Positions 61,926 through 64,000 of a DNA stretch of 64,000 bases are shown one piece after another. Source of the stretch: Macrostomum hystrix (lineage: Eukaryota > Animalia > Platyhelminthes); the NCBI GenBank assembly GCA_950097015.1, contig CATNEN010000025.1, positions 2,294,001 through 2,358,000 of the forward strand, read 5' to 3'. The notes under the pieces were generated by a model. The model was not told the origin of the DNA, did not search any database, and saw nothing but the letters and a program-made list of their open reading frames with translations. The position numbers and the translations under genes are program-made. The first letter of the stretch is position 1; every line of letters starts with the position of its first letter.

Positions 61926-62190
61926 TAAAAATACAGCAAGTTTTATCCACTAAGCTAATATATAATTAAGTCACAATCAAAAGCACGAACGAGGGACTTA
62001 TGTACAATGAGCTTCATTGCGTGATGGAAGTACTAAATATTTTAAATCTTGAATTAGTTTTAGCTGAATGTAAATTTTATTTTTTCATTTCACAGTAGAA
62101 AATCAGGCAATAATAAACTAGAATGACGCTTAATTTAGCTAATTATTGCAATCAGATTAAAGCGAAAGTACAAAAAACCCTCCAAGAACA

Positions 62191-62631
62191 TCACAGCTTA
62201 GCAGACACACTGCTATCCTTACTACTAGCGGTAGTAGGTACCTCTGCGACGGCCACAATCTCAACTCTTGCCCCGCCTGGCAGATTTGACACCTGGTAGC
62301 ACTCCCTGGCCGGATAAGGTCGTTCAAAGAATTCCGCGTAGACAGCGTTGAAGCGTTCAAAGTCGCGAATGTCGGCTAAGAGGGCCGTGCACTTTAGCAC
62401 ATTGTTATAGTGCAGGCCGGCGGCGGACAGGACGGCGCCGACGTTGCGCAACGCCTGCCTAGTCTGGCTCTCAATGTCCAGGCCAGCCAGCTCCCTGGTC
62501 TCCGGCCGGAAGCCGCACTGGCCCGCCAGAAACATCAGCCGGGAGGAGGACGAGGATGTCAGCACGGCCTGGCTGAATGGCCCGATTGCGGCAGGCGAGT
62601 TCTTTGTCTCTACTACGGTTCGTCCGGACAT
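62191..62631 (-). CDS. RIDA: RidA / YjgF / UK114 family enamine-imine deaminase, 146 aa, intronless
   Basis: PAAIGPFSQAV, LAGQ, QTRQALRNV, VLKCT, DFERFNAVYAEFF, YPAR (catalytic Arg) and LPGGARVEI; ends in SAKL-stop. Confidence 0.92.
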   Translation of the reverse strand: MSGRTVVETKNSPAAIGPFSQAVLTSSSSSRLMFLAGQCGFRPETRELAGLDIESQTRQALRNVGAVLSAAGLHYNNVLKCTALLADIRDFERFNAVYAEFFERPYPARECYQVSNLPGGARVEIVAVAEVPTTASSKDSSVSAKL

Positions 62632-62729
62632 TGCTTAGGGGCCGAACAAATTCTGAAAGCGTTTGTTCATGTATGCCGTAGACGAAAGATAGACATAATC
62701 TACTTCATTAATTTGCATTACCACAACAC

Positions 62730-63320
62730 AGGGAAGCAGCAGACACACTGAAGGCTCAGGGGGGAAACAGCAGACACACTGAAGGCTCAGGGGGGAAACA
62801 GCAGACACACTGAAGGCTCAGGGGGGAAACAGCAGACACACTGAAGGCTCAGGGGGGAAACAGCAGACACACTGAAGGCTCAGGGGGGAAACAGCAGACA
62901 CACTGAAGGCTCAGGGTGGAGGGAAACAGCAGACACACTGAAGGCTCAGGGTGGAGGGAAACAGCAGACACACTGAAGGCTCAGGGTGGAGGGAAACAGC
63001 AGACACACTGAAGGCTCAGGGGGGAGGGAAACAGCAGACACACTGAAGGCTCAGGGGGGAGGGAAACAGCAGACACACTGAAGGCTCAGGGGGGAGGGAA
63101 ACAGCAGACACACTGAAGGCTCAGGGGGAGGGAAACAGCAGACACACTGAAGGCTCAGGGTGGAGGGAAACAGCAGACACACTGAAGGCTCAGGGGGAGG
63201 GAAACAGCAGACACACTGAAGGCTCAGGGTGGAGGGAAACAGCAGACACACTGAAGGCTCAGGGGGGAGGGAAACAGCAGACACACTGAAGGCTCAGGGT
63301 GGAGGGAAACAGCAGACACA
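62730..63320. repeat. 31-36-bp minisatellite upstream of RidA
   Basis: Core GGAAACAGCAGACACACTGAAGGCTCAGGG with a variable G/TGGA spacer, about 17 copies. Confidence 0.95.
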
Positions 63321-64000
63321 CCTTAGGGCTTGATGAAACGGTGCGGTATAAAAAGTTTAATTCAAATACACTAATTAAATTACAATTCCATTCGATCACA
63401 AAAACTCACGGCTGTGACGATTGTAAACGTTCGAATTTCAGAATCTGCCTACTGTGGTTTTAAATTAAAATTTTCTTTCTTAAGTAAAATACACTGAATT
63501 AAAATACTCTCTGCATTATAGGAAAATGTGTTATCGCAGTTCTTCAATCAAGTCCAAGGTAAGGCCGAGAAATAGCATTAATTTGCGCCTTGCAAATGAT
63601 AACAGGTAAACCTATGCTTTTAGATAGTTTAAAGGGACTAGGTATGTAACAAGGTCTTCAAGGAGTGTAAAGTGATGTACATTCGACAATGTACGTCTCT
63701 ATAACCAATGTCTGGGATATTTCTGTAACCTGGCCTGGGTAGTTTAGTGAAACTTTTAAAGATAACTCAAAATCAATAGTGTAATAGTGAATTAACACCT
63801 TTCTTCTACTTAAAGTAGACAGAAATGCGACATTTTAACGATAAAAGAAACAAAACATTTTAAAGTAGGTAAAAAACTTAGCTGCTGTCATACCAGCCAA
63901 CAATTCAGCTTGTTTAATTGAAACGCTTTTAACTACTATTTATGAAACAAACCGAGATAGCAATAAAAATTCATTTTATATGATCAAAATACGCAATAAA

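Overview
Eukaryotic (animal) genomic DNA with GT-AG introns, CAG/poly-Q tracts, minisatellite-filled introns and tRNA-derived SINEs. The style suggests the flatworm Macrostomum, but that is inference only. Host genes supported by sequence motifs: tankyrase (first coding exon; gene runs off the left edge), a 790-aa ATRX-type ADD-domain protein with no SNF2 helicase, TMUB1/2-like, MAP2K4/MKK4, an ARHGAP19-like RhoGAP (9 exons, + strand), an orphan acidic/disordered ORF, an intronless 1705-aa TTLL7-like polyglutamylase and an intronless RidA ending in a PTS1 tripeptide (AKL). The most striking accessory feature is an apparently intact 6.66-kb CMC/EnSpm-type DNA transposon (23118-29775; CCC...GGG termini, flanked by TA). 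It carries a 766-aa DDE transposase plus a 7-exon, 400-aa accessory gene with a BEN-like C-terminus, and a 61-nt GT-AG intron would fuse the two in frame. Also present: a decayed hAT derivative, a TA-flanked MITE family, a CORE-like SINE family, two pairs of inverted minisatellite arrays, a perfect 21-bp hairpin, and a candidate trans-spliced operon (RidA-TTLL7-orphan). All exon structures and family assignments were made by eye; no database searches were run.
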